Source: Oscillospiraceae bacterium
GTDB lineage: Bacteria > Bacillota > Clostridia > Oscillospirales > Ruminococcaceae
Direction: 5' to 3'
NCBI GenBank assembly: GCA_030538855.1
Contig: JAUNTE010000001.1
Location: 1 to 41,157 of the forward strand
Length of the DNA: 41,157 nt
The notes below the pieces were generated by a model. The model saw only the letters and a list, made by a program, of their open reading frames with translations. It did not search any database and was not told the origin of the DNA. Positions 18,169 through 27,318 of this stretch are shown piece by piece (position 1 is the stretch's first letter; each line of letters opens with the position of its first letter). A program made the translations under genes and the position numbers.

Positions 18169-18795
18169 ATGGAAGAAAACCTGGACAAGCCGCGCTGCAG
18201 CTGGTGCCTGTGCAATGAAAAAATGACCTGTTACCACGATGAGGAATGGGGCGTGCCCCTGCATGACGACCACAAGCAATTTGAGTTTTTGATGATGGAG
18301 GTGATGCAGTGCGGCCTCAACTGGAACATGATGCTGCAGAAACGAGAGGTGTTTCACCTTTGCTTTGATGGGTTTGACTATGATAAGATCGCCGCTTACG
18401 GCGAAGAGGACATTGCCCGGATACTCGGGACGCCGGGGATGATCCGCTCCCGCCGTAAGGTGGAAGCGGTCATCCATAACGCGCGGTGTTTTCAAAAGCT
18501 GAGGGCGGAATACGGCGCTTTCAGCGATTATCTTTGGGGGTTTGTCAAAGGCAAAACGGTTTTATATATGGGGCACCGAAAGGGACGTTTGCCCGCGCAG
18601 AACGCGCTGTCGCAAAAGATAAGCCAGAGCCTGAGACGGTACGGGTTTCAATATCTGGGGCCGGTGACGGTATATTCTCACCTGCAGGCCTGCGGTATTA
18701 TCAATGACCATGTCGAGAGCTGTTTTCGCTATCAGGATATTTTAGCGCATTACCCTGTTGTGAAAAAACGGGACAGCAGCGGCGAAAGCCTATGA
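18169..18795 (+). CDS. tag: DNA-3-methyladenine glycosylase I
   Basis: MEENLDKPRCSWC...YHDEEWGVPLHDD...MMEVMQCGLNWNMML. I chose the ATG at 18169 behind GAGGAGG. The upstream part of the track ORF has no coding character. Confidence 0.9.
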   Translation: MEENLDKPRCSWCLCNEKMTCYHDEEWGVPLHDDHKQFEFLMMEVMQCGLNWNMMLQKREVFHLCFDGFDYDKIAAYGEEDIARILGTPGMIRSRRKVEAVIHNARCFQKLRAEYGAFSDYLWGFVKGKTVLYMGHRKGRLPAQNALSQKISQSLRRYGFQYLGPVTVYSHLQACGIINDHVESCFRYQDILAHYPVVKKRDSSGESL

Positions 18796-18894
18796 AAACC
18801 GTGTCGTACGCCAAAAACAAAAGCCGCGGGGCGGCTGGTTTACACTGAGAACAACCTAAGGCGGGTTTTGCCCTGCCGCGAAAGGAGAAACGCC

Positions 18895-19665
18895 ATGCCG
18901 GTTTTTGACACCCATGCGCATTACACAAGCCAGGCCTTTGACGATGACCGTGACGCCGTACTCTCGGGCCTGAAAGAAAAAGGCGTGGGAAAGGTGCTGG
19001 AATGCGGTGTTGATTATGCTACCAGTATAAAATGCCTTGAACTTGCCGGAAAGTATTCTTTTATCCGCGCAGCTGTGGGGCTGCACCCGGAAGAGGTGGA
19101 TACCATAGAGGGCGTACAGGAGGAGCTTGCCCGCCTGCGCCCCCTGTATGAAAACCCGCTGACGGCGGCGGTGGGAGAGATCGGCCTTGACCACCACTGG
19201 GACAACCCCCGCGATGTACAGCGCTACGCCTTTGAGGAGCAGTGCCGCCTTGCGCTTGAATTAGGGCTGCCCGTGGTGGTGCATGACCGCGAGGCCCATG
19301 CTGAGACGTATGAAATACTGCTGCGCCTGCGGCCAAGAGGGGTGCTGCACTGCTACAGCGGCAGCGCGGAAAGCGCCCGGACGCTTGCGGAGGCGGGCTT
19401 TTATTTTGGATTTGGCGGGGCGCTTACCTTTAAAAACGCAAAGCGGGCGGCAGAGGCGGCCGCTGTGATCCCGCCCGGGCGCCTGCTGCTGGAGACCGAC
19501 TGCCCCTATATGGCGCCGGAGCCATATAGGGGACGGCGCTGTGATTCCTCACTCATCCCCTGTGTGGCCCGGGTGCTGGCAGAGATAAAAGGGATGACGC
19601 CGCAGGCGGTCATCGCCCAGACCGAAGAAAACGCGAAAGCCCTGTTTGGAGATTGGCAGCCATGA
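18895..19665 (+). CDS. tatD: TatD-family metal-dependent hydrolase
   Basis: MPVFDTHAHY, GEIGLDHHW and VVHDREAH motifs. I chose the ATG at 18895 behind AAAGGAG. Confidence 0.9.
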   Translation: MPVFDTHAHYTSQAFDDDRDAVLSGLKEKGVGKVLECGVDYATSIKCLELAGKYSFIRAAVGLHPEEVDTIEGVQEELARLRPLYENPLTAAVGEIGLDHHWDNPRDVQRYAFEEQCRLALELGLPVVVHDREAHAETYEILLRLRPRGVLHCYSGSAESARTLAEAGFYFGFGGALTFKNAKRAAEAAAVIPPGRLLLETDCPYMAPEPYRGRRCDSSLIPCVARVLAEIKGMTPQAVIAQTEENAKALFGDWQP

Positions 19666-21404
19666 GAGAAGAGAGACGTTCACGCCGGTGCATCCGGCGT
19701 TTTTTACCTTATTTTAAGCCTTATTTAGGTGTGTTTTTATTAGACCTGCTCATGTGCGCCCTTACCACCGTCTGTGAGTTGACGCTGCCGCTGATGGTGC
19801 GGTATCTCACCGAGCTTGGTATGTCGGATACCGCCGCGCTGACGGTACGCGCTGTTGTGACGGTGGCGGCGCTGTATCTTTTGCTGAGGCTGATCGATGC
19901 GGGGGCGCGGTATTATATGTCCTCTATCGGGCATATCATGGGCACCCGTATTGAGACGGACATGCGGCGCGACCTGTTCTCGCATCTGCAAAGGCTGCCG
20001 TGGGCCTATTTCAGCAGTGCAAAAACCGGCCAGCTCATCGCGCGTTTTACCAGCGACCTGTTCGACGTGACCGAGTTTGCCCATCACTGCCCTGAAGAAT
20101 TTTTCATCGCGGCCATCAAAATCGCCGCCTCCTTCTGCATTTTGTCCACCATGAACTTTTGGCTGACGCTGCTGATTTTTTTAACAGTGCCGGTTATGCT
20201 GGGGCTGGCGCTGCTTTTTAACCGCAAGCTGCACGACACCAGCTTTGCCGGGCGGGTGCAGCTGGGCGAGATCAACGCCCGTTTGCAGGACAGCCTGCTG
20301 GGGGTAAAAGTGATAAAAAGCTTTGCCGGTGAAAAGCAGGAGGAAGCCCGCTTTGCCAAAGAGAACGAGGCGTTTTTGTCCGTCAAAAAAAAGATGTATC
20401 GGGCGCTGGCGCTGTTTCATTCCTCCACCCGGCTGATGGACGGGGTAATGTATCTGACGGTGTTGCTGGCCGGGGGGCTGTTTTTGGTGTACGGCAAGAT
20501 CACCGCCGCCGACCTGATGGCCTATATGCTGTACGCCAGCACCCTGCTGGCCAGCATCGCCCGGCTGGTGGAGTTCAACGAGCAGTTTCAGCGCGGCATC
20601 ACCGGCATCGAGCGTTTTTATGAGGTGATGGACGAAGCGCCGGAGCAAGACGGCCCGCAGGCGGAACCACTGCACGCGCCAAAGGGCGAAGTGGAGTTTC
20701 AGGACGTATCGTTTCAATATCCCGACGGCGACGCGCCGGTGTTTTCAAACCTGTCGCTGAAGGTGGCGGCGGGGCAACATGTGGCGCTGGTAGGCCCTTC
20801 AGGCAGCGGTAAAACCACTTTTGCAGGTTTGCTGCCCCGCTTTTTTGACCCCACCGGGGGCCGTATTTTATTGGACGGAAAAGATGTGAAAGACTATACG
20901 CTGGAGAGTTTGCGCCGCGCCGTTGGAGTGGTGCAGCAGGACGTCTACCTTTTTTCAGGTACTATCCGTGAAAATATTGCCTACGGCAGGCCCGGGGCCG
21001 GTGACGAAGAGATCAGGCGGGCCGCCCGCCTTGCCGGGGCCGAGGCGTTCATCGAGGCCCTTTCAGACGGGTACGACACCTTTGTGGGTGAGCGGGGGGC
21101 ACGGCTTTCAGGCGGACAGAAGCAGCGCGTCAGCATTGCCCGTGCTTTTTTAAAAGACCCGCCCATCCTTTTGCTGGACGAGGCCACCAGCGCCCTTGAC
21201 AACGAGAGCGAGCAGCTGGTGCAGCGCTCACTGGAGGAGCTGGCCAGGGGACGTACCACCTTTACCATTGCCCACCGCCTTTCAACCATACGCGGGGCCG
21301 ACCTGATTTTAGTGCTGACGGAAAACGGCATTGAAGAGCAGGGCACCCACGAAGAGCTGCTGGCAAAAGGCGGGCGCTATGCCGAGCTGTACCGCATGAG
21401 CTGA
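19662..21404 (+). CDS. ABC transporter, fused permease/ATP-binding protein (MsbA/exporter type)
   Basis: N-terminal six-TM region, Walker A GPSGSGKTT, signature LSGGQKQRVSIARA, Walker B LLLDEATSALD. ATGA overlap with the tatD stop. Confidence 0.9.
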   Translation: MREERRSRRCIRRFLPYFKPYLGVFLLDLLMCALTTVCELTLPLMVRYLTELGMSDTAALTVRAVVTVAALYLLLRLIDAGARYYMSSIGHIMGTRIETDMRRDLFSHLQRLPWAYFSSAKTGQLIARFTSDLFDVTEFAHHCPEEFFIAAIKIAASFCILSTMNFWLTLLIFLTVPVMLGLALLFNRKLHDTSFAGRVQLGEINARLQDSLLGVKVIKSFAGEKQEEARFAKENEAFLSVKKKMYRALALFHSSTRLMDGVMYLTVLLAGGLFLVYGKITAADLMAYMLYASTLLASIARLVEFNEQFQRGITGIERFYEVMDEAPEQDGPQAEPLHAPKGEVEFQDVSFQYPDGDAPVFSNLSLKVAAGQHVALVGPSGSGKTTFAGLLPRFFDPTGGRILLDGKDVKDYTLESLRRAVGVVQQDVYLFSGTIRENIAYGRPGAGDEEIRRAARLAGAEAFIEALSDGYDTFVGERGARLSGGQKQRVSIARAFLKDPPILLLDEATSALDNESEQLVQRSLEELARGRTTFTIAHRLSTIRGADLILVLTENGIEEQGTHEELLAKGGRYAELYRMS

Positions 21405-21416
21405 AGAAAAAAGAAG

Positions 21417-21463
21417 AGGCCCTCCGCTGTTTTTTCGGCGGAGGGCCTTGCTTTTGTATTTTT
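21417..21463 (+). terminator. Intrinsic terminator after the ABC exporter
   Basis: AGGCCCTCCGC (21417-21427) pairs with GCGGAGGGCCT (21438-21448), followed by TGCTTTTGTATTTTT. Confidence 0.75.
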
Positions 21464-21852
21464 GATGGCAGTGCGGGGGCTGTGCAAAACCCGAGGGGCA
21501 AAGAACATGGCAGGCGCCAGCAGCAGCGGTATGGCCTGGAACGTAAGCCTGTTTGGCAAACATTACGCCCCAAATCCACAAGCGTGATATATGCTGAAAC
21601 TATCCGGTGTATAGCCAACCAAGGCAGGCGGCTTTTTTACGATAGCGACTGCTGCGTATATCCATGAAATAGCTTTGACAGACGCGCCGCTTTTTTGGCC
21701 GTTTTATTTATACTGCCGGCCGGCGCAGGCACGCCTTGCATACCAACGAAAGGAAAATCGAAATCAACGGGCACGCCATTTTAATAAACCGACCGGAAAA
21801 AAAGCCCATAAGTTCAAGAAAGATCATTGCACAGCAATTTTCTTGACGCTGC

Positions 21853-22809
21853 CTAAGATCTTTCCTCTTCATTGATCTTGCCTTCGATTTCAGCGGGATT
21901 TACATGGACCATAATGTGTTTGATGTCGGGGAAAGCCGCTTCTACGCCGTTATGCACCTGTTCGGCAACGGCGTGGCTCTCCCGCAGGGGCTTGTCGCCG
22001 TCCACTGCGATTTCCAGATCCATATAAACTTTGTTTCCAAACTTTCGGGTATGCAGTATATCCACCCGCACAACCTCCGGCTGGCTTTCAACAAACTGAC
22101 GCAGCTTGTTTTCATAGGCTTCGTCGCAGGCGGTATCCAGCATTTTTGAAATGGCGTCTTTTAAAATATCATATGAGACCTTCAGGATAAAAAGACAGAT
22201 AACGACGCTCGCCGCACTGTCCAGGATAGGGAAACCGAGCATAGCGCCGCCAATGCCTACCAGAGAGCCGACAGAGGAAAATGCGTCAGAACGGTGGTGC
22301 CAGGCGTCCGCCATAAAAGCGGTGGAGTTGATTTTTTTGGCATAATACCGGGTGTACCAATACATACACTCTTTTACCAGAATAGATACAACTGCGGCGA
22401 TCAATGCGATTGCGCCCGGCACGGCAAGCGTTTCATAGTGTCCCGCAAGGATCTTTTTCATGCCGGTGACGCCGATGCCAAACCCTGTGACCAGAAGCAT
22501 CAGCCCCAAAACCAGTGACGCCACACACTCAAACCGTTCATGTCCGTAAGGGTGGGCTTTATCCGCCTTCTTTTTTGACAGCTTCACGCCAAAGTAGGCG
22601 ATGACGGTGGTAAGCACGTCAGAGAAAGAATGGATAGCGTCTGAGATCATAGCCCCTGAGCGGCCAAATATTCCGGCAACGATCTTAAAACCGGAAAGCG
22701 CCGCATTTCCAACGATACTTACAAGCGACAGCTTTTGAATGATCCGTTTTTCCTCAGCTGCTGACGGTACGGCGTTTACGGCTGTTTGGTTTTTTTTATC
22801 GGTTGTCAT
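21853..22809 (-). CDS. Cation diffusion facilitator (CDF) family metal efflux transporter
   Basis: 318 aa from MTTDKKNQ (ATG at 22809 behind AAGGAGG). Motifs ISDAIHSFSD and HHRSDAFSSVGSLVG plus a C-terminal cytoplasmic domain. The upstream part of the track ORF is leader RNA. Confidence 0.9.
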   Translation of the reverse strand: MTTDKKNQTAVNAVPSAAEEKRIIQKLSLVSIVGNAALSGFKIVAGIFGRSGAMISDAIHSFSDVLTTVIAYFGVKLSKKKADKAHPYGHERFECVASLVLGLMLLVTGFGIGVTGMKKILAGHYETLAVPGAIALIAAVVSILVKECMYWYTRYYAKKINSTAFMADAWHHRSDAFSSVGSLVGIGGAMLGFPILDSAASVVICLFILKVSYDILKDAISKMLDTACDEAYENKLRQFVESQPEVVRVDILHTRKFGNKVYMDLEIAVDGDKPLRESHAVAEQVHNGVEAAFPDIKHIMVHVNPAEIEGKINEEERS

Positions 22810-22896
22810 AAAAGAAGCCTCCTTTGTCCGCATAAGCGGACTCATCATTTCTCTTACCGGCACCCCATTAGAGACAGACAGTTCCCAAAAAGGTAT

Positions 22897-23040
22897 AAAA
22901 AAACACACCTGTGGAACATACAACTGTCCCACAGATGTGCGCACATGTTTATGTGTTGTACACTCTGCTGCCGCTTGATTGCGGCCCGACCACATGACCT
23001 TGACGGGTCATCGCCTGCTCAGTTTGTACTGTTGATCTCG
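22897..23040 (-). promoter_or_regulatory. Probable NiCo (czcD motif) riboswitch with overlapping intrinsic terminator
   Basis: Minus-strand leader reads ..AUCAACAGUACAAACUGAGCAGGCG..GCGGCAGCAGAGUGUACAACAC..GUGCGCACAUCUGUGGGACAGUUG. The terminator CACAUCUGUGGGAC/GUUCCACAGGUGUG plus U7 (22897-22938) reuses the 3' aptamer strand. It lies upstream of a CDF exporter. The motif match is from memory of the class consensus, not a covariance-model score. Confidence 0.55.
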
Positions 23041-23080
23041 CATTCTGAAAGAATGTAATGCAGTGCAAAGAGTTACCTGC

Positions 23081-23109
23081 ACTATACAACGATTCTATGC
23101 AGTTGTCAA
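23081..23109 (-). promoter_or_regulatory. Promoter of the riboswitch-CDF transcription unit
   Basis: Minus strand has TTGACA (23109-23104), a 17-nt spacer, TATAGT (23086-23081). Confidence 0.65.
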
Positions 23110-23351
23110 TAGTTTTGTGCGCTGCACATGATATTTTAAATATAAATCGCTTTGTGAAATGAGAAATGGATGACAGCAGAAGGCTTTTTTGTGCCAGGCG
23201 GTTTTATATCGTTTGTTTTACCGTGAACGGTATAAAACGCCGAAGGTTTGTGATGGCCGACGGTGTGAGCGGCTTTTTTCGCTGTCCGCCCGCGGCGGTT
23301 ATTTATACTGAGAGGCGGCGCCGGCAGGCCCGCAGGGAAGCGGCGGCAATC

Positions 23352-23381
23352 AAAAAAGGGACGGCCCTTTAGGGCCGTCCC
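23352..23381 (-). terminator. Intrinsic terminator of the EAL-LCP operon
   Basis: GGGACGGCCC-TAAA-GGGCCGTCCC followed by TTTTTTG on the minus strand. Confidence 0.8.
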
Positions 23382-23432
23382 TTTCAGCTTTTTATAAGCA
23401 GCTTTTTACAGGAGAGCCAGCGTAAAGCGGCA

Positions 23433-24551
23433 TTATCCCCCGGCGCCGTTTGCTTTTTCCTGCACGTCGCCCATGGTGCGGATGATGGCTTCATTCTCGC
23501 CCATAGTGTAGGCGTAAGGGGTGTCAAGCTTTAACTCATCCGCGTCCACCGCGTCGGAATAGGGGCGGAAATACTGGTTGAGGATGGGGGCCAGCTTTTC
23601 AGCGTTCAGGCCGTAATGGCTGCCGCCGTTCACAGGGCCGCCGGGGGCGCGGATAACGGTGATGTCGGCCGCGCCCAGTTTATTAAAGGTGGCCAGCAGG
23701 CTGGGCAGCTCTTCAGCGGTAAAATCGGTATAGGCGTACTGGGCCAGCACCGGCAGTACTTTGATCCAATCGCTGAGAGGGCAGCTTTTGAACACCTTAA
23801 ACATGGCGGCGTAAAAATACTGCTGCGTCTCAAGGCGCTTGATATCCTGCGTTTGGTCGTAATGCCGCCAGCGGACGATGGCCTCGGCCGTCGCGCCGTC
23901 AACGTAATGGGTGCCCGCTTCAAGAACGTCGGTTTTGCCCGTCGTTTCATCTGTTGTCGATATATCATAGGGCAGCGTGACCTCAAGCCCGCCCAGATTA
24001 TATACCAGCGTATCGATAAGGGCTTTGAAGCCCTCCATATCCAGGAAGACATATTTATCCACCGGCAGCTTGAAACGGTCGTTGATGAGCTTTTCAAGGT
24101 TGACGATGGGGTTTTCTTTATCCGGGCCGTAGGCGTATACCCCGTTTATTTTATGGTCGGGCGTCAGAGTAGCATCGTCTATATAGGTGTCGCGGGGTAT
24201 TTGTAAAAAGGTGGCCTTATTGGCCTTGATGTCCAGCTGCACCAGCATGATAAGATCGGTTTTGGCGCCGGACACCTTGCCGTATGAGCGGTCGTCCTCA
24301 TAATCGACACCGCAGATCAGGATGTTCATCACATTGCCGGAAAGCGCGGGAACAGTTTTTTCAACGGCTGAGGAATCGGCCACGCCGGGCCCCTCGCCGT
24401 TTTCATTCTCTGTGCGCAGGTGAGAATTGATATAGGCGAAACCGATCTTGACAACGATACCCGCAAGCAGCACAAGGGCGGCCAAAACGATGAGAACGAT
24501 ATAAAGCGGCTTTTTAAAACGGTTTTTCGACATAGGCTTTTTTTCTTTCAT
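23433..24551 (-). CDS. LytR-CpsA-Psr (LCP) family cell-wall glycopolymer ligase
   Basis: 372 aa with an N-terminal TM anchor (LYIVLIVLAALVLLAGIVV). The LCP core has NILICGVD...TDLIMLVQLD...FLQIPRDTY...YVFLDMEGF. Confidence 0.88.
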   Translation of the reverse strand: MKEKKPMSKNRFKKPLYIVLIVLAALVLLAGIVVKIGFAYINSHLRTENENGEGPGVADSSAVEKTVPALSGNVMNILICGVDYEDDRSYGKVSGAKTDLIMLVQLDIKANKATFLQIPRDTYIDDATLTPDHKINGVYAYGPDKENPIVNLEKLINDRFKLPVDKYVFLDMEGFKALIDTLVYNLGGLEVTLPYDISTTDETTGKTDVLEAGTHYVDGATAEAIVRWRHYDQTQDIKRLETQQYFYAAMFKVFKSCPLSDWIKVLPVLAQYAYTDFTAEELPSLLATFNKLGAADITVIRAPGGPVNGGSHYGLNAEKLAPILNQYFRPYSDAVDADELKLDTPYAYTMGENEAIIRTMGDVQEKANGAGG

Positions 24552-24560
24552 AGCTCCCCC

Positions 24561-25841
24561 TTATCCTTCAGCGGGAAACAGCCCGGGCAGGTCTTCGGCC
24601 TCGATGGTGGCGGAATAATAAAAGCCCTGCTGATAGGGGCAGCCGAACTGCTCAAGCTTGGTTTTTTGGTTCTCTGTCTCAACGCCTTCGGCAATGATCT
24701 TGATACCGAGTTTATTGGCGATGGAGACCAGCCCTTCGATGAGTACGCCGCTGCGGGGGTTGGTCTCCAGCTCCCAGATAAACATGCGGTCAAGCTTCAA
24801 GGCGCTGACGGGCAGGTTGAGGATGTTGTTGATGCCTGAGTAACCGGTGCCGAAATCCGTCAGGATGAGCTCTATCCCGAGGTCGGCCAGGTTCTGCATC
24901 ATGATATTGATAGAGGTGAAGGAGTTGATGAGGGTGCTTTCCGTAACCTCCAGCGCAAGTTTTTCAGTGGGCACGCCGTAAGAATCAAGGATGTTTTTCA
25001 GGTTTTGGTCAAAATTCTCCTGTAAGAACAAAACCGGAGAGACCGGCACCGCGATGGTCTCAAAATCGCGCTTTTGTTCCACCAGTTTCTGCAAAAGCTC
25101 ACAGGCGCGGCGGATGACCAGATTGTCCACCGCGCAGATGAGGCCCGCGTCTTCAGCCACCGGCATGAACTGCTCGGCGCTGAGCATGCCGAAATCCTCG
25201 GTGAACAGGCGCAGATAGCATTCGGCCCGGGTATAGCGGCCCTTTTCCATACACATGGTGGGGCGAAAGCGGACCTCGATGTCGGCGCCGTCGCCCGCCA
25301 GAGAATTTTTCAGGCAGCGGGCGATGGTGGACTCAAAATATTGTTTCTGCTGAAGCTTCTCATTATACAGGGCATATTGATTTTGCCCTTTGACGGCAGC
25401 TTCAGATACCGCGCTTTCAAGGCAGGCCAGCACAGAATCGACCGGCCATTCCGCCAACGGCGGGCACAAAAGGCCCAGGTTGATGGTACACATACAGTCC
25501 ATATCGTTGATATGCCAGGTGGAATCAAACCGCGAGGTGATCTCGTCCGCGATCTCAAGCGCGCGGGTATAACTGCAGTTTTCAAGAAAAAAGATAAAAT
25601 CAACGCCGGTGTAGTGAAAAACTTCGGCGGAGAGCCCGTCAAGAAACGCGCCGATATTCTCGATCAGCATATCGCCGTAATGGTAACCGAAAGTATCGTT
25701 GAAAAGCTTGAAGTTTTCAAGATGAAGCTTAAAAACCGAGGCCTTTTTGCGGGAGGACGCAGAGGAGAGCAAACCGGCAAGCGCCTCTTTGCAGGCGTCT
25801 TTGGAGGGGGCCGCTGTAGAAATACTCATATGCAGACACAT
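24561..25841 (-). CDS. Degenerate-GGDEF / EAL domain protein (probable c-di-GMP phosphodiesterase)
   Basis: EAL-domain motifs ECYLRLF, LALEVTES, LTDFGTGYS, LKLDR, AEGVET and QQGFYY. The N-terminal GGDEF-like fold has HYTGVDFIFFL where GGDEF would be. The stop is 9 nt before the LCP start. Confidence 0.88.
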   Translation of the reverse strand: MCLHMSISTAAPSKDACKEALAGLLSSASSRKKASVFKLHLENFKLFNDTFGYHYGDMLIENIGAFLDGLSAEVFHYTGVDFIFFLENCSYTRALEIADEITSRFDSTWHINDMDCMCTINLGLLCPPLAEWPVDSVLACLESAVSEAAVKGQNQYALYNEKLQQKQYFESTIARCLKNSLAGDGADIEVRFRPTMCMEKGRYTRAECYLRLFTEDFGMLSAEQFMPVAEDAGLICAVDNLVIRRACELLQKLVEQKRDFETIAVPVSPVLFLQENFDQNLKNILDSYGVPTEKLALEVTESTLINSFTSINIMMQNLADLGIELILTDFGTGYSGINNILNLPVSALKLDRMFIWELETNPRSGVLIEGLVSIANKLGIKIIAEGVETENQKTKLEQFGCPYQQGFYYSATIEAEDLPGLFPAEG

Positions 25842-25920
25842 CCTTCATCCTTATATTTTATGCTGCCGTAATTTCGTGTTTAAAATCGATTTTCCTGCTT
25901 TTTACAGCATGATCGCCCTT

Positions 25921-25949
25921 ATTATATCGCGCGGCGGGTATTTTTTCAA
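25921..25949 (-). promoter_or_regulatory. Promoter of the EAL-LCP operon
   Basis: Minus strand has TTGAAA (25949-25944), a 17-nt spacer, TATAAT (25926-25921). Confidence 0.6.
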
Positions 25950-25957
25950 GGAAAGCA

Positions 25958-25987
25958 TTGATTAACGGTGAGAAAAAATGGTAAAAT
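25958..25987 (+). promoter_or_regulatory. Divergent promoter of the GT2 gene
   Basis: TTGATT (25958-25963), an 18-nt spacer, extended -10 TGgTAAAAT (TAAAAT 25982-25987). Confidence 0.5.
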
Positions 25988-26037
25988 AACAAAAGAACAT
26001 CGCGGCGGAAAAACGGCCCGCCGGCGGGAGTGTGGTT

Positions 26038-26826
26038 ATGGCAGTACCAAAGATCAGCGCCAGCATCGTGTTATACGGAGAGCTGGAGAAAGCGCGGCAG
26101 TGTATCGGCAGCCTTTTGAACGAGACAAAAGGGGCCGAGCTGTCGCTTTTTGTGATAGATAACGCGTCGCCCGACCATGCGGGAGAGATTTTACAAAAAG
26201 AGTTTGGAGACCGGGCGCATTTTTTGCTGCTGCAGGAGAATTTGGGCTTTGGAAGGGCGCATAACCTGGTGCTGCCTTATCTGGAGAGCGATTACCACGC
26301 GGTGGTCAACCCCGATATTTTGCTGAAAGAGGATGCGCTGAGCGCGCTGGGCGGTTATTTGCAGCAGAACCCGGAGGTGGTGATGGCGACGCCGAGGCTG
26401 TATTTTCCCGATGGACGGGAACAGCTGGTGGCAAAACGCCGCCCCACCCTGATGGCGCTGCTGGGGCGGCAGCTGCCGTTTCATTTTTTGAAAAAATATG
26501 AGGACTATTACCTGATGAAAGACCGCGACCTCTCGCAGCAGCAGGAGATCGAATTTTGTACCGGGTGCTTTTTTGTGGCGCGCACCGCGGTGCTGAAAGA
26601 GATAGGCGGCTTTGACGAACGGTATTTTTTGTATGTGGAGGACGCGGACATCACCCAAAAGGCGCTGAGAAAAGGCCGGGTGGTATATTGGCCGGGGACG
26701 CGGGTATACCACGCGTGGAACCGCCAGCCCAGCCGCAGCGGCAGCCATTTTACAAGACAGCTGCGCTCGATGCTGCGCTATTTTCAAAATTGGGGTTTTC
26801 GGTTTGGATTTGGGGACCATGCCTGA
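26038..26826 (+). CDS. Family 2 glycosyltransferase (rhamnosyltransferase-like)
   Basis: ISASIVLYG...LFVIDNASPDH...GFGRAHN...CTGCFFVAR...YVEDADI, a typical GT-A/GT2 fold signature. Adjacent to the rml genes. Confidence 0.85.
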   Translation: MAVPKISASIVLYGELEKARQCIGSLLNETKGAELSLFVIDNASPDHAGEILQKEFGDRAHFLLLQENLGFGRAHNLVLPYLESDYHAVVNPDILLKEDALSALGGYLQQNPEVVMATPRLYFPDGREQLVAKRRPTLMALLGRQLPFHFLKKYEDYYLMKDRDLSQQQEIEFCTGCFFVARTAVLKEIGGFDERYFLYVEDADITQKALRKGRVVYWPGTRVYHAWNRQPSRSGSHFTRQLRSMLRYFQNWGFRFGFGDHA

Positions 26827-26880
26827 CGGCTGAAAGGGCGCGCCGGCAGCGGCATGGGGACGCCCAAAGAAAAGGGTTGC

Positions 26881-26910
26881 GCGGCAGCTTTGAACAGGCC
26901 GCTGTTTTTT
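26881..26910 (+). terminator. Weak intrinsic terminator after the GT2 gene
   Basis: GCGGC (26881-26885) pairs with GCCGC (26898-26902) across a 12-nt loop, followed by TGTTTTTTG. Confidence 0.4.
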
Positions 26911-27318
26911 GTAACCCTGTGCCCCTGCACGGCAAAAGACTGGGGCTGTTAAAAAACAGGATCACCGTCGTTTTTTATGAACGGCGAGGCGTAGGGTGTT
27001 AAAATGTCAGCAGACCTCAAAGGATTTAGACACTGTTTGCCTTACAGCCGTACGCCGGTTACAAAAAGTTTGTTCACACAGGCCAAAGAGGCTGGGGGGC
27101 AAAAAGGCGAGGCGGCAGAACGGTTTGGAACCCGGGGGGCCCCGGCGTGCCCACGCGGCGCGGCAGGAGGGACAAGACCGCAGATCGTGCGTATGGCAGA
27201 GCAAATGCGGCGGGCCGTTTTACAGCGGCTTTTGATAAAGAAAAAAGGGCTTTGCCGTAAGGCGGCCCCGTAAATGAAAAGACACGCCGGAAAAACGGCG
27301 CGGGAAAGGTGCGGTACG

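Noticed and set aside
21464-21852. Small ORFs (60-118 aa, both strands) between the ABC exporter and the CDF gene, including a Cys/His-containing frame starting MFAKQAYVPGHT.
   Set aside because: None has an SD. The minus-strand frames run through the bidirectional terminator into the ABC gene. Composition is shadow-like.
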